Source: Eledone cirrhosa
Taxonomy: Eukaryota
DNA: 64,000 bases
Reading direction: 5' to 3'
Assembly (NCBI GenBank): GCA_964016885.1
Contig: OZ024743.1
Span: 132,804,001 to 132,868,000, forward strand
The position numbers and the translations under genes are program-made. Below are positions 25,701 through 37,700 of this stretch, one piece after another. Numbering within the stretch: the first letter of the stretch is position 1; each line of letters opens with the position of its first letter. Under the pieces are notes generated by a model. That model saw only the letters and a list, made by a program, of their open reading frames with translations, did not search any database and was not told the DNA's origin.

Positions 25701-28700
25701 TTTGGTGTTTGGTGTTTGGTGCTTGGTGCTTGGAGTTTGGTGTTTGGTGCATGGTGCTTTGTGTTTTGTGTTTGGTGTTTGGTTTTTGGTGCTTGGTGCT
25801 TGGTCCTTGGTGTTTGGTGCTGGGTGCTTTGTGTTTGGTGCTTGGTGCTTGGTGTTTGGTGTTTGCTGCTTGGTGTTTGATGCTTGGTGCTTGGTGCTTG
25901 GTGTTTTGTGTTTGGTGCTTGGTTCTTGGTGTATGGTGCTTGGTGCTTGGTACTTGGTGTTTGTACTTGGTGCTTGGTGCTTGGTGTTTGGTTCTTGGTT
26001 CTTGGTGTTTGGTACTTGGTGCTTCGTGCTTGATGTTTGGTGTTTGGTGCTTGGTGTTTGGTGCTTGGTGCTTGGTGCTTGGTGTTAGGTGTTTGGTGCT
26101 TGGTCTTTGGTGTTTGGTGCTTGGTGTTTGGTGTTTGCTGTTTGGTGTTTGGTGTTTGGTGTTTGGTGTTTGCTGTTTGGTGTCTGCTTTTTGGTGTTCA
26201 GTGTTTGCTGTATGGTGTTTGGTGTTTGCTGTTTGGTGTTTGGTCTTTGGTGCTTGGTGTTTGGTGCTTGGTGCTTGGTGTTTGGTGTTTGGTGCTTGGT
26301 GGTTGGTGTATGGTGTTTGGTGCTTGGTGTTTGGTGTTTGGTGCTTGGTGTCTGGTGCTTGGTGTTTGGTTTTTGGTGCTTGGTGTTTGGTGTTTGGTGT
26401 TTGGTGTTTGGTGCTTGGTGCTTGGTGTTTGGTGTTTGGTGCTTGGTGTCTGGTGCTTGGTGCTTGGTGCTTGGTGCTTGGTGTTTGGTGTTTGGTGCTT
26501 GGTGTTTGGTGCTTGGTGCTGGGTGGTTGGTGTTTGGTGCTTGGTGTTTGGTGCTGGGTGCTTGGTGTTTGGTGCTGGGTGCTTGGTGTTTGGTGCTTAG
26601 TGCTTGGTCTTTGGTGCTTGGTGTTTGGTGCTTGGTGCTTGGTGCTTGGTGTTTGGTGCTTGGTGCTTGGTGTTTGGTGCTTGGTGCTTGGTGTTTGGTT
26701 TTTGGTGCTTGGTGCTTGGTGTTTGGTGTTTGGTGCTTGCTGCTGGCTGCTTGGTGTTTGATGCATGGTGATTGGTGCTTGGTGTTTGGTGCTTCGTGTT
26801 TGGTGTTTGATGCTTGGTGCTTGGTGCTTGGTGTTTGGTGCTTGGTGCTTGGTGTTTGGTGCTTGGTGCTTGGTGTTTGGTGCTTGGTGTTTGGTGCTTG
26901 GTGTTTGGTGCTTGGTGCTTGGTGCTTGGTGCTTGGTGTTTGGTGGTTGGTGCTTGGTGCTTGGTGTTAGGTGTTTGGTGCTTGGTGCTTGGTGTTTGGT
27001 GTTTGGTGCTTGGTGTTTGGTGTTTGGTGCTTGGTGTTTGGTGCTTGGTACTTGGTGCTTGGTGCTTGGTGTTAGGTGTTTGGTGCTTGGTGCTTGGTGT
27101 CTGGTTTTTGGTGCTTGGTGCTTGGTGTTTGGTGTTTGGTGCTTGCTGCTGGCTGCTTGGTGTTTGGTGCTTGGTGATTGGTGCTTGGTGTTTGGTGCTT
27201 GGTGTTTGGTGTTTGGTGCTTGGTGATTGGTGTTTGTACTTGGTGCTTGGTGCTTGGTTCTTGGTGTTTGGTGCTTGGTGCTTGGTGTTTGGTGTTATAT
27301 GCTTGGTGTTTGATGTTTGGTGCTTGGTGCTTGGTGTTTGGTGTTTGGTGTTTGATGCTTGGTGCTTGGTGTTTGGTGCTTGGTGCTTGGTGTTTGTACT
27401 TGGTGCTTGGTGCTTGGTGCTTGGTGTTTGGTGCTTGGTGCTTGGTGCTTGGTCCTTGGTGCTTGGTGTTTGGTGGTTGGTGTTTGGTGCTTGATGTTAG
27501 GTGTTTGGTGCTTGGTGCTTGGTGTTTGGTGTTTGGTGCTTGGTGTTTGGTGTTTGGTGCTTGGTATTTGGTGCTTGGTACTTGGTGCTTGGTGCTTGGT
27601 GTTAGGTGTTTGGTGCTTGGTGTTTGGTGCTTGGTGTTTGGTGCTTGGTGCTTGGTGCTTGGTGCTTGGTGTTTGGTGGTTGGTGTTTGGTGCTTGGTGT
27701 TTGGTGCTTGGTGTTAGGTGTTTGGTGCTTGGTGCTTGGTGTTTGGTGTTTGGTGCTTGGTGTTTGGTGTTTGGTGCTTGGTGTTTGGTGCTTTTTGCTT
27801 GGTGCTTGGTGCTTGGTGTTTGGTGCTGGGTGCTTGGTGCTTGGTGTTTGGTGTTATATGCTTGGTGTTTGATGCTTGGTGCTTGGTGCTTGGTGTTTGA
27901 TGCTTGGTGCTTGGTGCTTGGTGTTTGGTGCTTGGTGCTTGGTGTTTGGTGCTTGGTGCTTGGTGTTTGGTGCTTGGTGTTTGGTGCTTGGTGTTTGGTG
28001 CTTGGTGCTTGGTGCTTGGTGCTTGGTGTTTGGTGGTTGGTGCTTGGTGCTTGGTGTTAGGTGTTTGGTGCTTGGTGCTTGGTGTCTGGTTTTTGGTTCT
28101 TGGTGCTTGGTGTTTGGTGCTTGTTGCTGGCTGCTTGGTGTTTGGTGCTTGGTGATTGGTGCTTGGTGTTTGGTGCTTGGTGTTTGGTGTTTGGTGCTTG
28201 GTGTTTGTACTTGGTGTTTGGTGCTTGGTGTTTGGTGCTAGGTGCTTGGTGTTTGGTGCTTGGTGCTTGGTGTTTGGTGCCTGGTGCTTGGTGTTTGGTG
28301 TTTGGTGTTTGGTGCTTGGTGCTTGGTGTTTGGTGTTTGCTGTTTGCTGTTTGGTGTTTGTTGTTTGGTGTTTGGTGCTTGGTGCTTGGTGTCTGGTTTT
28401 TGGTGCTTGGTGCTTGGTGTTTGGTGCTTGTTGCTGGCTGCTTGGTGTTTGGTGCTAGGTGCTTGGTGTTTGGTGCTTGGTGCTTGGTGTTTGGTGTTTG
28501 GTGCTTGGTGTTTGGTGCTTGGTGTTTGGTGTTAGGTGTTTGGTGCTTGGTGTTTGGTGTTTGGTGCTTGGTGTTTGGTGCTTGGTGTTTGGTGCTTGGT
28601 GTTTGGTGCTTGGTACTTGGTGCTTGGTGCTTGGTGTTAGGTGTTTGGTGCTTGGTGCTTGGTGTTTGGTTTTTGGTGCTTGGTGCTTGGTGTTTGGTGT

Positions 28701-31700
28701 TTGGGGCTTGCTGCTGGCTGCTTGGTGTTTGATGCTTGGTGATTGGTGCTTGGTGTTTTGTGCTTGGTGTTTCGTGCTTGGTGTTTGGTGCTTGGTGCTT
28801 GGTGTTTGGTGCCTGGTGCTTGGTGCTTGGTGTTTGGTGTTTGGTGTTAGGTGCTTGATGCTTGGTGTTTGGTGCTTGGTGCTGGGTGGTTGGTGTTTAG
28901 TGCTTGGTGTTTGGTGCTGGGTGCTTGGTGTTTGGTGCTTGGTGCTTGGTCTTTGGTGCTTGGTGTTTGGTGTTTGGTGCTTGGTGCTTGGTGCTTGGTG
29001 TTTGGTGCTTGGTGCTTGGTGTTTGGTGCTTGGTGCTTAGTGTTTGGTGCTTGGTGCTTAGTGTTTGGTGCTAGGTGCTTGGTGTTTGGTGCTTGGTGCT
29101 TGGTGTTTGGTGCCTGGTGCTTGGTGTTTGGTGTTTGGTGTTTGGTGCTTGGTGCTTGGTGTTTGGTGTTTGCTGTTTGCTGTTTGTTGTTTGGTGTTTG
29201 CTGTTTGGTGTTTGGTGTTTGCTTTTTGGTGTTTGGTGTTTGCTGTATGTTGTTTGCTGTTTGGTGTTTGGTGTTTGGTGTTTCGTGCTTGGTGTTTGGT
29301 GCTTGGTGCTTGGTGTTTGGTGCCTGGTGCTTGGTGCTTGGTGCTTGGTGTTTGGTGTTTGGTGCTTGGTGCTTGGAGTTTGGTGTTTGGTGCTTGGTGC
29401 TTGGTGTTTCGTGTTTCGTGTTTGGTTTTTGGTGCTTGGTGCTTGGTGCTTGGTCCTTGGTGTTTGGTGTTTGCTGCTTGGTGTTTGATGCTTGGTGCTT
29501 GGTGCTTGGTGTTTTGTGTTTGGTGCTTGGTGCTTGGTGTTTGGTGCTTGGTGCTTGGTGCTTGGTGTTTGTACTTGGTGCTTGGTGTTTGGTTCTTGGT
29601 TCTTGGTCTTTGGTGTTTGGCGTTTGCTGTTTGGTGCTTGGTGCTTGGTGTTTGGTGCTTGGTGCTTGGTGTTTGGTGCCTGGTGCTTGGTGCTTGGTAT
29701 TTGGTGTTTGGTGTTTGGTGCTTGGTGCTTGGAGTTTGGTGTTTGGTGCATGGTGCTTTGTGTTTTGTGTTTGGTGTTTGGTTTTTGGTGCTTGGTGCTT
29801 GGTCCTTGGTGTTTGGTGCTGGGTGCTTTGTGTTTGGTGCTTGGTGCTTGGTGTTTGGTGTTTGCTGCTTGGTGTTTGATGCTTGGTGCTTGGTGCTTGG
29901 TGTTTTGTGTTTGGTGCTTGGTTCTTGGTGTATGGTGCTTGGTGCTTGGTACTTGGTGTTTGTACTTGGTGCTTGGTGCTTGGTGTTTGGTTCTTGGTTC
30001 TTGGTGTTTGGTACTTGGTGCTTCGTGCTTGATGTTTGGTGTTTGGTGCTTGGTGTTTGGTGCTTGGTGCTTGGTGCTTGGTGTTAGGTGTTTGGTGCTT
30101 GGTCTTTGGTGTTTGGTGCTTGGTGTTTGGTGTTTGCTGTTTGGTGTTTGGTGTTTGGTGTTTGGTGTTTGCTGTTTGGTGTCTGCTTTTTGGTGTTCAG
30201 TGTTTGCTGTATGGTGTTTGGTGTTTGCTGTTTGGTGTTTGGTCTTTGGTGCTTGGTGTTTGGTGCTTGGTGCTTGGTGTTTGGTGTTTGGTGCTTGGTG
30301 GTTGGTGTTTGGTGTTTGGTGCTTGGTGTTTGGTGTTTGGTGCTTGGTGTCTGGTGCTTGGTGTTTGGTTTTTGGTGCTTGGTGTTTGGTGTTTGGTGTT
30401 TGGTGTTTGGTGGTTGGTGCTTGGTGTTTGGTGTTTGGTGCTTGGTGTCTGGTGCTTGGTGCTTGGTGCTTGGTGCTTGGTGTTTGGTGTTTGGTGCTTG
30501 GTGTTTGGTGCTTGGTGCTGGGTGGTTGGTGTTTGGTGCTTGGTGTTTGGTGCTGGGTGCTTGGTGTTTGGTGCTGGGTGCTTGGTGTTTGGTGCTTGGT
30601 GCTTGGTCTTTGGTGCTTGGTGTTTGGTGCTTGGTGCTTGGTGCTTGGTGTTTGGTGCTTGGTGCTTGGTGTTTGGTGCTTGGTGCTTGGTGTTTGGTTT
30701 TTGGTGCTTGGTGCTTGGTGTTTGGTGTTTGGTGCTTGCTGCTGGCTGCTTGGTGTTTGATGCATGGTGATTGGTGCTTAGTGTTTGGTGCTTCGTGTTT
30801 GGTGTTTGATGCTTGGTGCTTGGTGCTTGGTGTTTGGTGCTTGGTGCTTGGTGTTTGGTGCTTGGTGCTTGGTGTTTGGTGCTTGGTGTTTGGTGCTTGG
30901 TGTTTGGTGCTTGGTGCTTGGTGCTTGGTGCTTGGTGTTTGGTGGTTGGTGATTGGTGCTTGGTGTTAGGTGTTTGGTGCTTGGTGCTTGGTGTTTGGTG
31001 TTTGGTGCTTGGTGTTTGGTGTTTGGTGCTTGGTGTTTGGTGCTTGGTACTTGGTGCTTGGTGCTTGGTGTTAGGTGTTTGGTGCTTGGTGCTTGGTGTC
31101 TGGTTTTTGGTGCTTGGTGCTTGGTGTTTGGTGTTTGGTGCTTGCTGCTGGCTGCTTGGTGTTTGGTGCTTGGTGATTGGTGCTTGGTGTTTGGTGCTTG
31201 GTGTTTGGTGTTTGGTGCTTGGTGATTGGTGTTTGTACTTGGTGCTTGGTGCTTGGTTCTTGGTGTTTGGTGCTTGGTGCTTGGTGTTTGGTGTTATATG
31301 CTTGGTGTTTGATGTTTGGTGCTTGGTGCTTGGTGTTTGGTGTTTGGTGTTTGATGCTTGGTGCTTGGTGTTTGGTGCTTGGTGCTTGGTGTTTGTACTT
31401 GGTGCTTGGTGCTTGGTGCTTGGTGTTTGGTGCTTGGTGCTTGGTGCTTGGTCCTTGGTGCTTGGTGTTTGGTGGTTGGTGTTTGGTGCTTGGTGTTAGG
31501 TGTTTGGTGCTTGGTGCTTGGTGTTTGGTGTTTGGTGCTTGGTGTTTGGTGTTTGGTGCTTGGTATTTGGTGCTTGGTACTTGGTGCTTGGTGCTTGGTG
31601 TTAGGTGTTTGGTGCTTGGTGTTTGGTGCTTGGTGTTTGGTGCTTGGTGCTTGGTGCTTGGTGCTTGGTGTTTGGTGGTTGGTGTTTGGTGCTTGGTGTT

Positions 31701-34700
31701 TGGTGCTTGGTGTTAGGTGTTTGGTGCTTGGTGCTTGGTGTTTGGTGTTTGGTGCTTGGTGTTTGGTGTTTGGTGCTTGGTGTTTGGTGCTTTTTGCTTG
31801 GTGCTTGGTGCTTGGTGTTTGGTGCTGGGTGCTTGGTGCTTGGTGTTTGGTGTTATATGCTTGGTGTTTGATGCTTGGTGCTTGGTGCTTGGTGTTTGGT
31901 GTTTGGTGCTTGGTGTTTGATGCTTGGTGCTTGGTGCTTGGTGTTTGGTGCTTGGTGCTTGGTGTTTGGTGCTTGGTGCTTGGTGTTTGGTGCTTGGTGT
32001 TTGGTGCTTGGTGTTTGGTGCTTGGTGCTTGGTGCTTGGTGCTTGGTGTTTGGTGGTTGGTGCTTGGTGCTTGGTGTTAGGTGTTTGGTGCTTGGTGCTT
32101 GGTGTCTGGTTTTTGGTTCTTGGTGCTTGGTGTTTGGTGCTTGTTGCTGGCTGCTTGGTGTTTGGTGCTTGGTGATTGGTGCTTGGTGTTTGGTGCTTGG
32201 TGTTTGGTGTTTGGTGCTTGGTGTTTGTACTTGGTGTTTGGTGCTTGGTGTTTGGTGCTAGGTGCTTGGTGTTTGGTGCTTGGTGCTTGGTGTTTGGTGC
32301 CTGGTGCTTGGTGTTTGGTGTTTGGTGTTTGGTGCTTGGTGCTTGGTGTTTGGTGTTTGCTGTTTGCTGTTTGGTGTTTGTTGTTTGGTGTTTGGTGCTT
32401 GGTGCTTGGTGTCTGGTTTTTGGTGCTTGGTGCTTGGTGTTTGGTGCTTGTTGCTGGCTGCTTGGTGTTTGGTGCTTGGTGATTGGTGCTTGGTGTTTGG
32501 TGCTTGGTGTTTGGTGTTTGGTGCTTGGTGTTTGTACTTGGTGTTTGGTGCTTGGTGTTTGGTGCTAGGTGCTTGGTGTTTGGTGCTTGGTGCTTGGTGT
32601 TTGGTGCCTGGTGCTTGGTGTTTCGTGCTTGGTGTTTGGTGCTTGGTGCTTGGTGTTTGGTGCCTGGTGCTTGGTGCTTGGTGCTTGGTGTTTGGTGTTT
32701 GGTGCTTGGTGCTTGGAGTTTGGTGTTTGGTGCTTGGTGCTTGGTGTTTCGTGTTTGGTTTTTGGTGCTTGGTGCTTGGTGCTTGGTGCTTGGTCCTTGG
32801 TGTTTGGTGTTTGCTGCTTGGTGTTTGATGCTTGGTGCTTGGTGCTTGGTGTTTTGTGTTTGGTGCTTGGTGCTTGGTGTTTGGTGCTTGGTGCTTGGTG
32901 CTTGGTGTTTGTACTTGGTGCTTGGTGTTTGGTTATTGGTTCTTGGTGTTTGGTGTTTGGCGTTTGCTGTTTGGTGCTTGGTGCTTGGTGTTTGGTGCTT
33001 GGTGCTTGGTGTTTGGTGCCTGGTGCTTGGTGCTTGGTGTTTGGTGTTTGGTGCTTGGTGCTTGGTGCTTGGAGTTTGGTGTTTGGTGCTTGGTGCTTTG
33101 TGTTTTGTGTTTGGTGTTTGGTTTATGGTGCTTGGTGCTTGGTCCTTGGTGTTTGGTGCTGGGTGCTTTGTGTTTGGTGCTTGGTGCTTGGTGTTTGGTG
33201 TTTGCTGCTTGGTGTTTGATGCTTGGTGCTTGGTGCTTGGTGTTTTGTGTTTGGTGCTTGGTTCTTGGTGTATGGTGCTTGGTGCTTGGTACTTGGTGTT
33301 TGTACTTGGTGCTTGGTGCTTGGTGTTTGGTTCTTGGTTCTTGGTGTTTGGTACTTGGTGCTTCGTGCTTGATGTTTGGTGTTTGGTGCTTGGTGTTTGG
33401 TGCTTGGTGCTTGGTGCTTGGTGTTAGGTGTTTGGTGCTTGGTCTTTGGTGTTTGGTGCTTGGTGTTTGGTGTTTGCTGTTTGGTGTTTGGTGTTTGGTG
33501 TCTGGTGTTTGCTGTTTGGTGTCTGCTTTTTGGTGTTCAGTGTTTGCTGTATGGTGTTTGGTGTTTGCTGTTTGGTGTTTGGTCTTTGGTGCTTGGTGTT
33601 TGGTGCTTGGTACTTGGTGTTTGGTGTTTGGTGCTTTGTGCTTGGTGTTTGGTGTTTGGTGCTTGGTGTTTGGTGTTTGGTGCTTGGTGTCTGGTGCTTG
33701 GTGTTTGGTTTTTGGTGCTTGGTGTTTGGTGTTTGGTGTTTGGTGTTTGGTGCTTGGTGCTTGGTGTTTGATGTTTGGTGCTTGGTGTCTGGTGCTTGGT
33801 GCTTGGTGCTTGGTGTTTGGTGTTTGGTGCTTGGTGTTTGGTGCTTGGTGCTGGGTGGTTGGTGTTTGGTGCTTGGTGTTTGGTGCTGGGTGCTTGGTGT
33901 TTGGTGCTGGGTGCTTGGTGTTTGGTGCTTGGTGCTTGGTCTTTGGTGCTTGGTGTTTGGTGCTTGGTGCTTGGTGCTTGGTGTTTGGTGCTTGGTGCTT
34001 GGTGTTTGGTGCTTGGTGCTTGGTGTTTGGTTTTTGGTGCTTGGTGCTTGGTGTTTGGTGTTTGGTGCTTGCTGCTGGCTGCTTGGTGTTTGATGCATGG
34101 TGATTGGTGCTTGGTGTTTGGTGCTTCGTGTTTGGTGTTTGATGCTTGGTGCTTGGTGCTTGGTGTTTGGTGCTTGGTGCTTGGTGTTTGGTGCTTGGTG
34201 CTTGGTGTTTGGTGCTTGGTGTTTGGTGCTTGGTGTTTGGTGCTTGGTGCTTGGTGCTTGGTGCTTGGTGTTTGGTGGTTGGTGCTTGGTGCTTGGTGTT
34301 AGGTGTTTGGTGCTTGGTGCTTGGTGTTTGGTGTTTGGTGCTTGGTGTTTGGTGTTTGGTGCTTGGTGTTTGGTGCTTGGTACTTGGTGCTTGGTGCTTG
34401 GTGTTAGGTGTTTGGTGCTTGGTGCTTGGTGTCTGGTTTTTGGTGCTTGGTGCTTGGTGTTTGGTGTTTGGTGCTTGCTGCTGGCTGCTTGGTGTTTGGT
34501 GCTTGGTGATTGGTGCTTGGTGTTTGGTGCTTGGTGTTTGGTGTTTGGTGCTTGGTGATTGGTGTTTGTACTTGGTGCTTGGTGCTTGGTTCTTGGTGTT
34601 TGGTGCTTGGTGCTTGGTGTTTGGTGTTATATGCTTGGTGTTTGATGCTTGGTGCTTGGTGCTTGGTGTTTGGTGTTTGGTGTTTGATGCTTGGTGCTTG

Positions 34701-37700
34701 GTTTTTGGTGCTTGGTGCTTGGTGTTTGTACTTGGTGCTTGGTGCTTGGTGCTTGGTGTTTGGTGCTTGGTGCTTGGTGCTTGGTCCTTGGTGCTTGGTG
34801 TTTGGTGGTTGGTGTTTGGTGCTTGGTGTTAGGTGTTTGGTGCTTGGTGCTTAGTGTTTGGTGTTTGGTGCTTGGTGTTTGGTGTTTGGTGCTTGGTATT
34901 TGGTGCTTGGTACTTGGTGCTTGGTGCTTGGTGTTAGGTGTTTGGTGCTTGGTGTTTGGTGCTTGGTGTTTGGTGCTTGGTGCTTGGTGCTTGGTGCTTG
35001 GTGTTTGGTGGTTGGTGTTTGGTGCTTGGTGTTTGGTGCTTGGTGTTAGGTGTTTGGTGCTTGGTGCTTGGTGCTTGGTGCTTGGTGTTTGGTGCTGGGT
35101 GCTTGGTGCTTGGTGTTTGGTGTTATATGCTTGGTGTTTGATGCTTGGTGCTTGGTGCTTGGTGTTTGGTGTTTGGTGCTTGGTGTTTGATGCTTGGTGC
35201 TTGGTGCTTGGTGTTTGGTGCTTGGTGCTTGGTGTTTGGTGCTTGGTGCTTGGTGTTTGGTGCTTGGTGTTTGGTGCTTGGTGTTTGGTGCTTGGTGCTT
35301 GGTGCTTGGTGCTTGGTGTTTGGTGGTTGGTGCTTGGTGCTTGGTGTTAGGTGTTTGGTGCTTGGTGCTTGGTGTCTGGTTTTTGGTGCTTGGTGCTTGG
35401 TGTTTGGTGCTTGTTGCTGGCTGCTTGGTGTTTGGTGCTTGGTGATTGGTGCTTGGTGTTTGGTGCTTGGTGTTTGGTATTTGGTGCTTGGTGTTTGTAC
35501 TTGGTGTTTGGTGCTTGGTGTTTGGTGCTAGGTGCTTGGTGTTTGGTGCTTGGTGCTTGGTGTTTGGTGCCTGGTGCTTGGTGTTTGGTGTTTGGTGTTT
35601 GGTGCTTGGTGCTTGGTGTTTGGTGTTTGCTGTTTGCTGTTTGGTGTTTGTTGTTTGGTGTTTGTTGTTTGGTGTTTGCTGTTTGGTGTTTGGTGTTTGC
35701 TTTTTGGTGTTTGGTGTTTGATGTATGTTGTTTGCTGTTTGGTGTTTGGTGTTTGGTGTTTGGTGCTTGGTGCTTGGTGTTTGGTGCTTGGTGCTTGGTG
35801 TTTGGTGCCTGGTGCTTGGTGTTTGGTGTTTGGTGCTTGGTGCTTGGAGTTTGGTGTTTGGTGCTTGGTGCTTGGTGTTTCGTGTTTCGTGTTTGGTGCT
35901 TGGTGCTTGGTGCTTGGTCCTTGGTGTTTGGTGCTGGGTGCATTGTGTTTGGTGCTTGGTGCTTGGTGCTTGGTGCTTGGTGTTTGGTGTTTGCTGCTTG
36001 GTGTTTGATGCTTGGTGCTTGGTGCTTGGTGTTTTGTGTTTGGTGCTTGGTGGTTGGTGCTTGGTGTTTGGTGCTTGGTGCTTGGTGCTTGGTGTTTTGT
36101 GTTTGGTGCTTGGTGCTTGGTGTTTGGTGCTTGGTGCTGGGTGGTTGGTGTTTGGTGCTTGGTGTTTGGTGCTGGGTGCTTGGTGTTTGGTGCTGGGTGC
36201 TTGGTGTTTGGTGCTTGGTGCTTGGTGTTTGGTGCTTGGTGCTGGGTGGTTGGTGTTTGGTGCTTGGTGTTTGGTGCTGGGTGCTTGGTGTTTGGTGCTG
36301 GGTGCTTGGTGTTTGGTGCTTGGTGCTTGGTCTTTGGTGCTTGGTGTTTGGTGCTTGGTGCTTGGTGCTTGGTGTTTGGTGCTTGGTGCTTGGTGTTTGG
36401 TGCTTGGTGCTTGGTGTTTGGTTTTTGGTGCTTGGTGCTTGGTGTTTGGTGTTTGGTGCTTGCTGCTGGCTGCTTGGTGTTTGATGCATGGTGATTGGTG
36501 CTTGGTGTTTGGTGCTTGGTGTTTGGTGTTTGATGCTTGGTGCTTGGTGCTTGGTGTTTGGTGCTTGGTGCTTGGTGTTTGGTGCTTGGTGCTTGGTGTT
36601 TGGTTTTTGGTGCTTGGTGCTTGGTGTTTGGTGTTTGGTGCTTGCTGCTGGCTGCTTGGTGTTTGATGCATGGTGATTGGTGCTTGGTGTTTGGTGCTTG
36701 GTGTTTGGTGTTTGATGCTTGGTGCTTGGTGCTTGGTGTTTGGTGCTTGGTGCTTGGTGTTTGGTGCTTGGTGCTAGGTGTTTGGTGCTTGGTGTTTGGT
36801 GCTTGGTGTTTGGTGCTTGGTGCTTGGTGCTTGGTGCTTGGTGTTTGGTGGTTGGTGCTTGGTGCTTGGTGTTAGGTGTTTGGTGCTTGGTGCTTGGTGT
36901 TTGGTGTTTGGTGCTTGGTGTTTGGTGTTTGGTGCTTGGTGTTTGGTGCTTGGTACTTGGTGCTTGGTGCTTGGTATTAGGTGTTTGGTGCTTGGTGCTT
37001 GGTGTCTGGTTTTTGGTGCTTGGTGCTTGGTGTTTGGTGTTTGGTGCTTGCTGCTGGCTGCTTGGTGTTTGGTGCTTGGTGATTGGTGCTTGGTGTTTGG
37101 TGCTTGGTGTTTGGTGTTTGGTGCTTGGTGATTGGTGTTTGTACTTGGTGCTTGGTGCTTGGTTCTTGGTGTTTGGTGCTTGGTGCTTGGTGTTTGGTGT
37201 TATATGCTTGGTGTTTGATGCTTGGTGCTTGGTGCTTGGTGTATGGTGTTTGGTGTTTGATGCTTGGTGCTTGGTGTTTGGTGCTTGGTGCTTGGTGTTT
37301 GTACTTGGTGCTTGGTGCTTGGTGCTTGGTGTTTGGTGCTTGGTGCTTGGTCCTTGGTGGTTGGTGTTTGGTGGTTGGTGTTTGGTGCTTGGAGTTAGTT
37401 GTTTGGTGCTTGGTGCTTGGTGTTTGGTGTTTGGTGCTTGGTGTTTGGTGTTTGGTGCTTGGTATTTGGTGCTTGGTACTTGGTGCTTGGTGCTTGGTGT
37501 TAGGTGTTTGGGGCTTGGTGTTTGGTGCTTGGTGTTTGGTGCTTGGTGTTTGGTGCTTGGTGTTAGGTGTTTGGTGCTTGGTGCTTGGTGTTTGGTGTTT
37601 GGTGCTTGGTGTTTGGTGTTTGGTGCTTGGTGTTTGGTGCTTTTTGCTTGGTGCTTGGTGCTTGGTGTTTGGTGCTGGGTGCTTGGTGCTTGGTGTTTGG